Below, piece by piece: positions 38,654 through 47,729 of a stretch of DNA of 61,518 nucleotides (position 1 is its first letter; each line of letters starts with the position of its first letter). The notes beneath the pieces are model-generated. The model had not been told where the DNA came from. It saw only the letters and a program-made list of their open reading frames with translations, and did no database searches. This stretch comes from a virus. Its lineage: Duplodnaviria; Caudoviricetes. The position numbers and the translations under genes were made by a program. Location: IMG/VR virus record IMGVR_UViG_3300020595_000037, positions 1-61,518 of that record. One strand, 5' to 3'.

Positions 38654-39428
38654 CTTTTACAAATGTTCCGTTAATCATTTTACCTGTTCTTTTGTTTATA
38701 ACTTCATAAGCTGTTTGTATACACTCTTCTATATAAACACCTCGTTGATGAGCTAAGTTTGTTAATACTACAACCATATCACCAATAGCATCTATAACTT
38801 CTGGTTGATCATCTTTTAATAAAGCTTTAGCTAATTCACCAGCTTCTTCCTGAAGCTTAACATATTGAGTCATTGTATTGCCTTTGTCATATAAACCTCT
38901 TGTTTCAGCCCATGTTCTTATTCTATTAAACATCATCTGACTTTTAGTGTAGTCAGGCACTTGCATACTGTTATTTTTTAAATCCCTAACAGCTTTAAAA
39001 TATTCTGCAAAAGCTTTATTGTATATATACGATCTCTTATCATTATACATTGACATCTTTGCGTTGTCTATTATCCATTTGATTGTTTGCATATCTAATT
39101 CAAATGTGCCGTGAGATGTTTCCCAGGACATTCCTATGTTGTCCATTAGATGGCCTTTAAGTTTATTCAAAGGCATTGCAAAAGTTGAAGTTTGTTCCGT
39201 TACGTTTATTTTCATTTTCTTAAAAAGGTTTTTATATTTCTTTCTATCGACCTTATAGCCGTAAGACTTTTGAAGTTCTATCTCTTTGTCCGATATATAA
39301 TCTACATCGTCCGACTGATCAAGAACTTCATATTCACTAGGCTTATAGCCCTGAATTAACGTAACACGAGTATTAAGATCACGTGTTACACCAATCTTTT
39401 TACCTGGTATGTGGTATAAATAATACAT
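38643..39428 (-). CDS. GIY-YIG-like N-terminus fused to MazG-family pyrophosphohydrolase
   Basis: MYYLYH...KIGVT.DL..R at the N-terminus; KLQEEAGEL...DAIGD at the C-terminus. Confidence 0.75.
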   Translation of the reverse strand: MYYLYHIPGKKIGVTRDLNTRVTLIQGYKPSEYEVLDQSDDVDYISDKEIELQKSYGYKVDRKKYKNLFKKMKINVTEQTSTFAMPLNKLKGHLMDNIGMSWETSHGTFELDMQTIKWIIDNAKMSMYNDKRSYIYNKAFAEYFKAVRDLKNNSMQVPDYTKSQMMFNRIRTWAETRGLYDKGNTMTQYVKLQEEAGELAKALLKDDQPEVIDAIGDMVVVLTNLAHQRGVYIEECIQTAYEVINKRTGKMINGTFVKDED

Positions 39429-40078
39429 TATTTTGTTATTTTATCGTTATACAAATGTAAGTTATGTGCAAAATGGTAATATGTACCGATCTCATATCCT
39501 GTCCTCTCCGCAACTAATTGTTGTAGCTTTGAAAAACAATATTGATCATTACAAAAACCGTACCAGAGGTCATTAGATCGCATCACAACTGACATATTTA
39601 GTTTATTGTTTAATACTGTAAACTGAACCGCGTAAGTACAAGGTGTATCTTTAGCATAAGTGCTATGTTCTTTACCATCATATATACTTATTGCAGCGTG
39701 TCTAGTATTAGGATTATCTTTAAGCTTTGCAACTACATAGTCTAATTGATAGTTACGTTCCCATTGCCAACCATAGTTAGATCTTACCTCGTTATTACTG
39801 TCAACCATTCGTTGCCATATTTCAGGTACTTTACCGTATATATCTCCTAGCTTGTCTACATTAGGATTACCTGATAAGTACCATTGCCATTCAGCCTCTG
39901 CATATTCATCATTCCAGTTTCTGTGTTCAGCTAGTATATGATTCCACATAGGCTTTTCAATATAGAAACCTATATTAAATAAAGCCATAGTATTATCAAA
40001 CTTAACTCCGTCCCACATTATTTTAGGAAAAAAATAATTAAAAGCATCGCTTGCTGTTTTAAATTTTGTTTTTATCAT
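39428..40078 (-). CDS. Thymidylate synthase superfamily enzyme, dCMP hydroxymethylase-like
   Basis: SNYGW, DTPCT catalytic Cys, MRSNDLWYGFCND, NLHLY; start placed at MIKTKF. Confidence 0.8.
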   Translation of the reverse strand: MIKTKFKTASDAFNYFFPKIMWDGVKFDNTMALFNIGFYIEKPMWNHILAEHRNWNDEYAEAEWQWYLSGNPNVDKLGDIYGKVPEIWQRMVDSNNEVRSNYGWQWERNYQLDYVVAKLKDNPNTRHAAISIYDGKEHSTYAKDTPCTYAVQFTVLNNKLNMSVVMRSNDLWYGFCNDQYCFSKLQQLVAERTGYEIGTYYHFAHNLHLYNDKITK

Positions 40079-40331
40079 AATAAAATTTATATAGTTCAAA
40101 TATCTTTTCGTTGATTTGTTTACCGTTGTATTTAAATGGTGATCGTTTTTTTGCTCCATTAACCTCTACATCAATCCACCAGTAGTAATTATCTTGATCA
40201 CTACTTGCAGCCCATGGAGTTATTTTAATTCCATTGTTTATACACCATCTGTATGCCTCTGTGTTTTCAGTAGTCCATTCAGGCCCTAGTATGTTGACCT
40301 TTTTCTTACTCCAAGCATTCATTAATCCCAA
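40059..40331 (-). CDS. Hypothetical protein
   Basis: 90-aa ORF filling the gap between primase-helicase and the TS-like gene. Confidence 0.65.
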   Translation of the reverse strand: MGLMNAWSKKKVNILGPEWTTENTEAYRWCINNGIKITPWAASSDQDNYYWWIDVEVNGAKKRSPFKYNGKQINEKIFELYKFYYDKNKI

Positions 40332-42049
40332 GGCATTTGCTCATCATCAGCTATTGTTGCTAATACATGAGGTACAAAACAACCTGATCTTGGCTCCCAT
40401 TTAAAATGAGCTTCAGCTCCGTTCTCACCTAAGTTTTGAAACTTAACTTTAAGTATTTTAGCTTTAACAGTTTTTTCTTCATAATTTCTGTGAACTAATA
40501 TACCGTGATAACTAGCATCATACCATTCACCACCACCTTTAATGTTATACATTGTAGGCTCTTCAATATTACCATCTTTATCTCTGTACATTTTAGTTGG
40601 ATGAGCTACTATAAACACTAACACATCAAACTTTTTTGCAAAAGATTCAATTTTAGTTAAATATTCCATAGTGTAACGGTTTACATCTTCAGTTTTACAG
40701 TCAACATCTCTGATTTTATTAAATGGATCAATAACAAGACACTTAATACCTTTACGTTTAACAAGCTCAGCACCTTTACGTAATACAGATTCAAGAGTAT
40801 AACGTTCCATATCAATATGAAAAAAGTTGTCATTACAATGATCAGCAATTTTATTCCATTTGTCTGAATTTATATCTGCTTTTGTTGGCATATCTTGCCA
40901 AACTTTTCTCATCAATTTGTGAGCGTGTAAATATGTTGGTTGATTTTCAGGACTAGCAAAAGCTGTTTTCCATTGATACTTTTGGTTGTAACCTACAACC
41001 ATCTGATCAACGAAGTCAGACTTTCCGCTAGATGGTATGCCAGTAACAGTGATAAACTGCCCAGTATAAGTACTAAAAATATCATCAAAATTAGGTATAC
41101 CAATTTGATACCCAGGTTTGAAACCATTTCTAACAAAGTCTGTAATCTCATCTTCTATATCTTTAAAAGTTTTAACGTTCTCTAATGGCACAGGTCTTGC
41201 ACCTTCAATACGTTTAACTAATTTATCCTTGCCATACTTAATTAAATAATCATTAGCATCTTTACAGTCTTCAAACGTTGTTAAGAAACAAACTTCAGCA
41301 CCAAGACGTCTAATAAGTTCTTGTTGCAAAGCTATACCTGGTTCATCATTATCTACTGCTAGTATTACTTTTTCTTTATCTTCAAAGTAATCTATACAGT
41401 TATCTAAATAATCTAAGTTGTTAGAATTTAGAGTCGCACCGTTAGGAACTGATATTGCGTTTTTAATTCCGGCTTCATGTAATGCTAACACATCCATTTC
41501 GCCTTCAGTTATTACACATGTATCATAACCTACTGTACTATTTATATTATAAAATACTTTTTCAGCACCTTTATATAGTTTAAAGTTTTTTCTACCGTCT
41601 CTGTATTTAACATTAACTAGTTCATCACCTACTATATAATTAAACTGAATTGTATTCTCGGACTTGCCGGTCTGTGGCATATACTCAAGACCCTCTGTGA
41701 CCATAAGATCGTCGAGGGTTTTTTGAGATATTCCACGTGACTCAAACCATTTAAAGACCTTAGACGTTATTTGTTTTGGGTCTACAACGTTTAACGCATC
41801 TGGACGTAGATATGTCTTCTCAGACGATCCTTTACGTTGATACGTATGTAATTGAAATGATGAATCACAATGATGACAAGTACCCAGACCACGTTCCCAA
41901 TCATAACTAGCACATTTAAGCTTTTGATTTTTAGGTTGCCTTTCAGACGAACAAAGGGGACAAGTCCCCTGAGTTTTACCTACATCTAAATTATGTTGGT
42001 TGAACTGGTCGATTAAAAATCCATTAATCTCCGTACTGTTTACTTGCAT
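40322..42049 (-). CDS. Primase-helicase (T7 gp4/Twinkle-like)
   Basis: CPLC...CHHC zinc finger, TOPRIM EGEMD and DND, GIPSSGKS Walker A, VIDP, VAHP. Confidence 0.92.
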   Translation of the reverse strand: MQVNSTEINGFLIDQFNQHNLDVGKTQGTCPLCSSERQPKNQKLKCASYDWERGLGTCHHCDSSFQLHTYQRKGSSEKTYLRPDALNVVDPKQITSKVFKWFESRGISQKTLDDLMVTEGLEYMPQTGKSENTIQFNYIVGDELVNVKYRDGRKNFKLYKGAEKVFYNINSTVGYDTCVITEGEMDVLALHEAGIKNAISVPNGATLNSNNLDYLDNCIDYFEDKEKVILAVDNDEPGIALQQELIRRLGAEVCFLTTFEDCKDANDYLIKYGKDKLVKRIEGARPVPLENVKTFKDIEDEITDFVRNGFKPGYQIGIPNFDDIFSTYTGQFITVTGIPSSGKSDFVDQMVVGYNQKYQWKTAFASPENQPTYLHAHKLMRKVWQDMPTKADINSDKWNKIADHCNDNFFHIDMERYTLESVLRKGAELVKRKGIKCLVIDPFNKIRDVDCKTEDVNRYTMEYLTKIESFAKKFDVLVFIVAHPTKMYRDKDGNIEEPTMYNIKGGGEWYDASYHGILVHRNYEEKTVKAKILKVKFQNLGENGAEAHFKWEPRSGCFVPHVLATIADDEQMPWD

Positions 42050-42063
42050 TTATTGTTATTTAA

Positions 42064-42150
42064 TTATTCTCCGTCTCTACAATCAGGGCATATGTCGCAG
42101 AACATATATTCGTCCTGCGTCATACCTTGCCCACACATCTCACATTCCAT
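42064..42150 (-). CDS. 28-aa zinc-finger microprotein
   Basis: MECEMCGQGMTQDEYMFCDICPDCRDGE; TAATG-coupled to the SSB-like gene. Confidence 0.6.
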   Translation of the reverse strand: MECEMCGQGMTQDEYMFCDICPDCRDGE

Positions 42151-42461
42151 TAAAATGGAAGGTCGTCTTCTATTGCTGCCGGAGCTGCTACAGGCTGTGA
42201 AGCTTGTTGCTGCGGGTTATCAAACTTTTTAACTTCTCCGTTGGTCCATACTAATTTTACATTACCTAAATATGTTTTTGCCTGTTTCGCTTCGCGTTCT
42301 TCTTTGCTCTGCGATACAATGACTGGACCTTGATTACCGAACTGATCAAGCTCATCATTAAGAGTAATACTGATAGGTAAGTATTTACCTTTTTTACCAA
42401 TAATGATTTTGTCTTTCGGTATTTCATTTAGATTAATGCTTGCTGCTAATATTAATGCCAT
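42150..42461 (-). CDS. Putative single-stranded DNA-binding protein
   Basis: Small beta-rich core, Gln/Ala linker and acidic EDDLPF tail. Confidence 0.7.
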   Translation of the reverse strand: MALILAASINLNEIPKDKIIIGKKGKYLPISITLNDELDQFGNQGPVIVSQSKEEREAKQAKTYLGNVKLVWTNGEVKKFDNPQQQASQPVAAPAAIEDDLPF

Positions 42462-42679
42462 TATACTGCTGTTTGAAATAAATTATTAAACATAGTTCTT
42501 AATTCTGTTGCTCCTATGTCTGAGCCATTAGCTTGTAACCTTCTACGAAAGTTATCAGCTTTTTTACTATATGCGTGTAATCCATCTTTTGAATTGTTAT
42601 TTACATAAAATTCATTTGTTGGAAACGTCATTCCAGTAATTGCACATTGTTTTGATGTTACTTTTTTTCTTCTTGCCAT
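42461..42679 (-). CDS. Small basic protein, degenerate zinc-finger-like
   Basis: KQCAITG..FP.NEFY.....DGL pattern. Confidence 0.55.
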   Translation of the reverse strand: MARRKKVTSKQCAITGMTFPTNEFYVNNNSKDGLHAYSKKADNFRRRLQANGSDIGATELRTMFNNLFQTAV

Positions 42680-42691
42680 AATAATGGGGTT

Positions 42692-43420
42692 TTAAAGGGT
42701 TTTACTAATAAAATATTGTTTCGGATCGAAACTGTCTGTCTTATAAAACAGATCGTAAGCCTCAACGGCTCTTTTAACCTTGTCCTGCCCTGATTCATAG
42801 AATTTAGGGGAACAGTCGTATATACCTATTTGATGAGTCTTTTTGTCTATAACAATAAACATAAACTCGTAACCAAATAGACTACTATAAATATAAGCTT
42901 GGCTGTCGTAGTTGTACTTAGATGCTGAATATCTAAACTTCTGAAGATCTGCTGTCGTCTTTAAATCGATGATCAGTTTTTCGTCATGGTTTACAATGTC
43001 AGCTTTACCTTTCCACATTTGACCTTCAAGCTCTATAATACCAGGTTGTTCATATTCAACATTACCTGTTATTAAGCTTTTACAAACGTCGTTACTCATG
43101 ATTTTTTCTCTCATTAATTCTATTGAATCAACTTCATGTTGTAACAAGCATAACTCTCCTCCGGCTATGTCTTTGTAAGCTTTAGTATTTCTAGTAGACG
43201 ATTTCACAACTTTATACTTATCAAGCTTGTTAGGCTCTAGTATTGCTGTGTGAAAATAACCACCGACTAAAAATGCAGCCGATGGTGGTGACTGTTGTCC
43301 AAGTGCTAAAGGGTTGTTTAACAAAGCTGATATATCTGAATTACTAAGGTATTGTTTACCAAAGTCTCCATAGTAATGTTCATCAATTCTCAGCTTATCT
43401 AACACCTCTTGTTTAGTCAT
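42692..43420 (-). CDS. RecE/exonuclease VIII-like PD-(D/E)xK nuclease
   Basis: LSNS, G.YFHTAILEP, KGKAD, IIDLKTT, Y..QAYIY. Confidence 0.85.
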   Translation of the reverse strand: MTKQEVLDKLRIDEHYYGDFGKQYLSNSDISALLNNPLALGQQSPPSAAFLVGGYFHTAILEPNKLDKYKVVKSSTRNTKAYKDIAGGELCLLQHEVDSIELMREKIMSNDVCKSLITGNVEYEQPGIIELEGQMWKGKADIVNHDEKLIIDLKTTADLQKFRYSASKYNYDSQAYIYSSLFGYEFMFIVIDKKTHQIGIYDCSPKFYESGQDKVKRAVEAYDLFYKTDSFDPKQYFISKTL

Positions 43421-43421
43421 A

Positions 43422-43928
43422 CTATAATGTTATTTGTTTTTCAATTTCAGGAGTTACATTATATTTCTTTTTGATAGCTTCGAGCTTGCCACCTGCTTGT
43501 ACAAAGCTTTTAGCTTTTTCTATAGCTGCTTTGTTCATTGTTAAGCCATTGGTTGCATCAGCGTCTTTGGTATCATCAATTAGGAATAAATTACCTAATG
43601 CGTATTTCTTCCCGTAACTTGAAGCAGTACCGAACTGTTGTGGTGTTTGCATACCTTTTTGATTAAGATCAACACCTACTAATGCTGTAGCATTTAAAGT
43701 GTTTTCTCCATCAGATATAGTAGCACAACTTTCAATAATAGGCACAGGGCTAGTCTCAACTAAGTTTTCATTAATTGTTACTGTTACTCCTAGTTCTAAT
43801 AAATAGGGTTTTGTTGCTTCAAGAATGTCTTCGGCAGATCGGAAGTAATATTTGCCGAACGAATTAAATCTACTTTTCTTCGATTTAAATTTTGTCTGGA
43901 TCGTCGCCAGTTTTTGGTTTAGGGTCAT
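43422..43928 (-). CDS. erf: ERF-family single-strand annealing protein
   Basis: K..FN.FGKY.FRSAEDI and Q.FGTASSYGKKYAL..LF.IDD..DAD. Confidence 0.88.
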   Translation of the reverse strand: MTLNQKLATIQTKFKSKKSRFNSFGKYYFRSAEDILEATKPYLLELGVTVTINENLVETSPVPIIESCATISDGENTLNATALVGVDLNQKGMQTPQQFGTASSYGKKYALGNLFLIDDTKDADATNGLTMNKAAIEKAKSFVQAGGKLEAIKKKYNVTPEIEKQITL

Positions 43929-43971
43929 AGTTATATAATTACATATTTAAATTAAGTTTTACAAAGGTAAT

Positions 43972-44733
43972 CTACAGATAGTCAAGCACTTGCGAGTGAT
44001 CGACACTATTAATTAACTTATCTACAGCTTGCTTTTTTAGCTCTGAAACACGTACATAAGCACTGCTTCCTTCGATGTTTAAAATCTCTGCTATTTTGTT
44101 AGCTGAATGCTTTTCACAGTCTAATCCGTAGCTTAATCTTAGTACATCGTACTCACGGTCATCAAGATGTTTTCTTAACAGTCCAGTTAAATATACATTT
44201 AACAAACCTATATTATATGGCTCTGATTTATCTGCGATTTGATAGATCATAGATTCTTCATCGTCTTTAGGTTTTTCGTCAATTGATAAAAACATACTAT
44301 TAAAAAACATAGCAACCATCTTATGGTCTTTACCATTATCTTTACGTATTTCATTCAGTTTATGTTCAGGTATTCTTATGTCGCCTCTATTTTTATCAAT
44401 AGCACGTCTGATACCACCTTTAATACGTTTGGATAAAAAAGATTTTAATGTTTTTAGTTTATCATCTTCATCACCTGTTACTCTAGTCCAATCAATTCTA
44501 CGTACAGCTTTAGTTAAGTTTAAATTACCTTCTTGTATTATATCATTTATGCTCATAACACCTGATGCTTGCTGTGTTGTTGCAAACTTACGGCCTATGT
44601 TTTCTACAAGAGGTAAGAACCTGTAACAAAGTTGTTTTTCATTTAGATCTTCAAGAGCTATTTCTTCATCTGGTTGACAAGCAATAACATCTTTCTTATA
44701 TCTTACGTAATTAGGTACATTATATTTTTTCAT
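43972..44733 (-). CDS. Phage-encoded sigma-70 family factor
   Basis: Region 2 (LPLVENIGRKF, DIIQEGNLNL.KAV.RID, RIKGGIRRAI, IRIP) and region 4 (L..RE..VL.L.YGL...IAEIL...RVS.LKK.A..KL). Confidence 0.88.
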   Translation of the reverse strand: MKKYNVPNYVRYKKDVIACQPDEEIALEDLNEKQLCYRFLPLVENIGRKFATTQQASGVMSINDIIQEGNLNLTKAVRRIDWTRVTGDEDDKLKTLKSFLSKRIKGGIRRAIDKNRGDIRIPEHKLNEIRKDNGKDHKMVAMFFNSMFLSIDEKPKDDEESMIYQIADKSEPYNIGLLNVYLTGLLRKHLDDREYDVLRLSYGLDCEKHSANKIAEILNIEGSSAYVRVSELKKQAVDKLINSVDHSQVLDYL

Positions 44734-45364
44734 TTTCCATATTTAAAAGTTCTTTTTCTTTTTTAAGTTCATTACCCATATTTCTATGTATTGTTCTAAC
44801 AGAACAATTAAGTGATGACGCTAATTTAGTAATAGTTATTCTTTTGTTCATGTCATTAATATCTAACATGCATTGGTATATGTCATCTTGATGTATACGT
44901 TTAGTTTTACCTATAAGTTGACCTACAATAGTTAATTTTTCTGACAAGCTTAAACCGCTATTGTCATTAAATATAACTTTTCTTAGTTTGTTTTTAGGCG
45001 GTTCTTCAAGATCACACATGCTAACATCATATACCATTCGTTTTAATAACTCTGCAGGTATATCAAACGCAATAAATCCATATTTATAATTTGCTATAGT
45101 CTCTGCTAAGGCAGTAAACTTATTCATATCAAGTTTAGGATTTAAATACCACAATACTAACAAATGCCATTTTAAACTTTTGTATGTAGTTATTTTAGCT
45201 TTACTACGAAACAAATCATAGCATTCGTAAGTACCATTTTCATAAAACTTACCGTACTCAAATTCTAAGGTAGGTTTATCAGTGATAGGATTACGTCTGT
45301 ATACAATCCGCCTCTTGTTTAGATAGTGTAAGTAACGCGGTATTGATACGTAATTGTGTGACAT
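44720..45364 (-). CDS. HTH DNA-binding protein, possible replication initiator or regulator
   Basis: C-terminal ITITKLASSLNCSVRTIHRNM helix-turn-helix; start codon lies inside a palindromic site. Confidence 0.6.
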   Translation of the reverse strand: MSHNYVSIPRYLHYLNKRRIVYRRNPITDKPTLEFEYGKFYENGTYECYDLFRSKAKITTYKSLKWHLLVLWYLNPKLDMNKFTALAETIANYKYGFIAFDIPAELLKRMVYDVSMCDLEEPPKNKLRKVIFNDNSGLSLSEKLTIVGQLIGKTKRIHQDDIYQCMLDINDMNKRITITKLASSLNCSVRTIHRNMGNELKKEKELLNMENEKI

Positions 45365-45402
45365 TAGCCTCTTACTCCTTTATTCTTAGACCTATTGTCA
45401 CG
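45356..45402. promoter_or_regulatory. GTGACA-N32-TGTCAC element, copy 1
   Basis: Inverted 6-bp arms; similar to the reverse complement of 52618-52665. Confidence 0.65.
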
Positions 45403-45489
45403 TTTTGGCTTTTGAAAAGCTTTAACTTTTGTTTTTATTTTAAAAACATCAGTTGCCATTAAATGTTTTACATTAGTTACTGTGCTCAT
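45364..45489 (-). CDS. 41-aa basic hypothetical protein
   Basis: MSTVTNVKHLMATDVFKIK...NKGVRG; TAATG-coupled to the HTH gene. Confidence 0.45.
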   Translation of the reverse strand: MSTVTNVKHLMATDVFKIKTKVKAFQKPKRDNRSKNKGVRG

Positions 45490-45850
45490 ATAATTTAATT
45501 TTTACGTTAGTCCATTTACCTCCCTTCATTGTCTCATCGACCAGGAAGTCTATTCTATTTGTCCATCTTTTATTCATTCTATCTCTTATGACCCAAAGGC
45601 CATTCATTTTACCTGCATTGCTTATAACAACTACAGTATTCATTTTAAAACCTTTAGTTTCAAGATCTCGAGATACAGCTATTATTCTGTGTATCTCAGG
45701 GTTATCCATATTAATTTTAAAATTTGTAGCTGTTCTATCAGGCGTACTGTCTGTTTGCTTGATGGTAGCGTGATATATAGTTGCCGTTACTGTCAAGTCT
45801 GACTTCAATATCGTCGACATCAAAAGGGTACTTAGTATAAAGTATTTCAT
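45473..45850 (-). CDS. 3D (Asp-Asp-Asp) domain protein, putative lytic transglycosylase-like
   Basis: N-terminal hydrophobic segment; TATIY..QTDSTP..TA, IAVSRDL, RDRM..RIDFL. Confidence 0.7.
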   Translation of the reverse strand: MKYFILSTLLMSTILKSDLTVTATIYHATIKQTDSTPDRTATNFKINMDNPEIHRIIAVSRDLETKGFKMNTVVVISNAGKMNGLWVIRDRMNKRWTNRIDFLVDETMKGGKWTNVKIKLYEHSN

Positions 45851-46307
45851 TTTTATTAATTATAGATTTTTTATCGTTAATATAATAATTCCAATATGCT
45901 TTTAATGAATTGTTTAAAACTTTATATTCATCTGGCATACACTGTGGAGGTTGAAAAAAATGATGATTTTGCATACCTTTAGGAGGATTTAACAATACAT
46001 CTTCACATTTAGTTATACTTAAATGTTTTTTCTTATAACGTTTTGTATATTCCTCACCAAGCGCCATCATATAATCGTATAACCAGAAATAATGTTGCAT
46101 ATTTCTTCGTGCCCATTTTGTTGAGGGATGATTATAATGTGCTTTACGGTAAGGAATATAACCTGCGTCATACTCATACAACTCAGCATAATGATGATGA
46201 GCTGTACAGAGCATTTGGGCTGCTTCGAGTATCATCTTAACTTTATGTTTGTCATAATGATAAGCGGCAGCTTTATTAGGGTCAGGGTGTAAATAAAATA
46301 TATTCAT
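45738..46307 (-). CDS. Pyrimidine-dimer DNA glycosylase (DenV)-like protein
   Basis: MNIFYL..DP..AA..H.DKH.VKMILE.AQML, H.NHP...W, PQCMPD. Confidence 0.7.
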   Translation of the reverse strand: MNIFYLHPDPNKAAAYHYDKHKVKMILEAAQMLCTAHHHYAELYEYDAGYIPYRKAHYNHPSTKWARRNMQHYFWLYDYMMALGEEYTKRYKKKHLSITKCEDVLLNPPKGMQNHHFFQPPQCMPDEYKVLNNSLKAYWNYYINDKKSIINKNEILYTKYPFDVDDIEVRLDSNGNYISRYHQANRQYA

Positions 46308-46405
46308 GTCTTATTCACTCTGTTATAATGTTGATCAAGTAGCATGTTGGCAACTTCCATGCTGATCATATTGTCGTTGTATAATTGCCATACTAACTTA
46401 CTCAT
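46304..46405 (-). CDS. 33-aa hypothetical protein
   Basis: MSKLVWQLYNDNMISMEVANMLLDQHYNRVNKT; short overlaps at both ends. Confidence 0.5.
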   Translation of the reverse strand: MSKLVWQLYNDNMISMEVANMLLDQHYNRVNKT

Positions 46406-47252
46406 AGTTACGAATAGTTTTAAACAATGGATGTCTGTAGCTGCCATATTGAGTACGTTCAAAGTATGTAAACGTAGCTCGTTTGCCTATGTAGTCATGA
46501 ATATTATTTAGTATATTAGCTAGATCTTTGTAGTTGTAACCTTTACCTGGAGGACAACCAAACTCTATACCATCATCATCTTGCATTAAGAACTTGCCAA
46601 GAGTACCTTCACGTTTACCTTTACCTTCTTCATAACCAACAATTGTAGCTTCGGTGTCACTAAAGTCTTTAAACTTTTGTAAGTTGTAAGATCGTTTTTG
46701 CTGATAAGGTTTATCTAGACGTAGAATAGAGCCTTCGTAACCATTGTTTAAGTTATATTGATGTCTTAACTGTGCAGACTCTTTAGAATTAACTAGACTA
46801 GTTTCTACGTATTTAATAGATGCATTGTAAAAATCAGCACAAGCTAGTTGATCAGACCTGTAACCGTAAGGCTTATCCATTACTGTTTCTATATAGTCAT
46901 AGCAATGAAACTGTATAAGATGTTGAGCGTTAAGTCTGTCTTCAGGTGTTGGTTTTTGTTTTCTAACTAGAGATACAATCTTTTCAAAGTCATTTCTAAG
47001 TTTGTGGTTGTATAATTCACCGTCGAGTACAACATCTACATTAGCATAATCAAAGAAAAACTTTCTTAGTGATAATTTAATGTGTTCAAGATTGTGAAAT
47101 TCTTTACCTGTACGTGAGAAACATCTAATGTTTTCTTTGTCGTCAACATATATAACACAACGTATGCCGTCAAGCTTAGGTTGAATGTATACTTTCTCGG
47201 ACCAGTCGACAGGTTTTTTGTCTACTTTGTATGCGAGCATTGGTTTAATCAT
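46398..47252 (-). CDS. ATP-dependent DNA ligase
   Basis: KLDGIR adenylation motif, LDGELY, YD, EGSILR, KFK, C-terminal OB fold. Confidence 0.92.
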   Translation of the reverse strand: MIKPMLAYKVDKKPVDWSEKVYIQPKLDGIRCVIYVDDKENIRCFSRTGKEFHNLEHIKLSLRKFFFDYANVDVVLDGELYNHKLRNDFEKIVSLVRKQKPTPEDRLNAQHLIQFHCYDYIETVMDKPYGYRSDQLACADFYNASIKYVETSLVNSKESAQLRHQYNLNNGYEGSILRLDKPYQQKRSYNLQKFKDFSDTEATIVGYEEGKGKREGTLGKFLMQDDDGIEFGCPPGKGYNYKDLANILNNIHDYIGKRATFTYFERTQYGSYRHPLFKTIRNYE

Positions 47253-47518
47253 AATTTATCTATTTTATTTTGAATTTTAGTTATTTTATTTTGTATTATT
47301 GCAGCTTTTCTGTATTCTTCATCGTCTACATATTTATTTTGTATAAGACAAAGTCTACCTAATTCGTCTTGCAATATTTCTCTGTCAGTTAATGACTCTG
47401 GTGTAATCTCTTCATCTACATATTTAATACCATATGTAGCAGTGTCAGGGTCAATAAACTCTTTATATAGATCGAATTTAATTCTATCTAGTAGCTTTTC
47501 GTATTCTTTTTCTGTCAT
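47249..47518 (-). CDS. Hypothetical protein with C-terminal UVR-like motif
   Basis: VDDEEYRKAAIIQNKI resembles the UvrB/C E.YE.AA..RD.I motif. Confidence 0.55.
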   Translation of the reverse strand: MTEKEYEKLLDRIKFDLYKEFIDPDTATYGIKYVDEEITPESLTDREILQDELGRLCLIQNKYVDDEEYRKAAIIQNKITKIQNKIDKL

Positions 47519-47691
47519 TAATAAGGTAATTTTTTAGGGTTAGCTAAGAAGTATCTTATATCAGATAGTTGTTCTTCAAGTGTTTCGATACGTACTAACA
47601 TTTGTTTTAACGTGTATTTTTCACCGTCCATATGTGACTTAACGCCACCTGTAAGGTTTCCTATGTCCACGATTATATCTTCTTTAAACAT
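47518..47691 (-). CDS. Hypothetical early protein
   Basis: Start placed at MFKEDII, the ATG directly after the repeated motif. Confidence 0.6.
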   Translation of the reverse strand: MFKEDIIVDIGNLTGGVKSHMDGEKYTLKQMLVRIETLEEQLSDIRYFLANPKKLPY

Positions 47692-47729
47692 ATTATTATT
47701 ATCCATCATATTTCGTATTTAGTTTGTAA
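47692..47729 (-). promoter_or_regulatory. Repeated early motif, copy A
   Basis: TTACAAACTAAATACGA-N8-GGATAATAATAAT then ATG. Confidence 0.8.
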
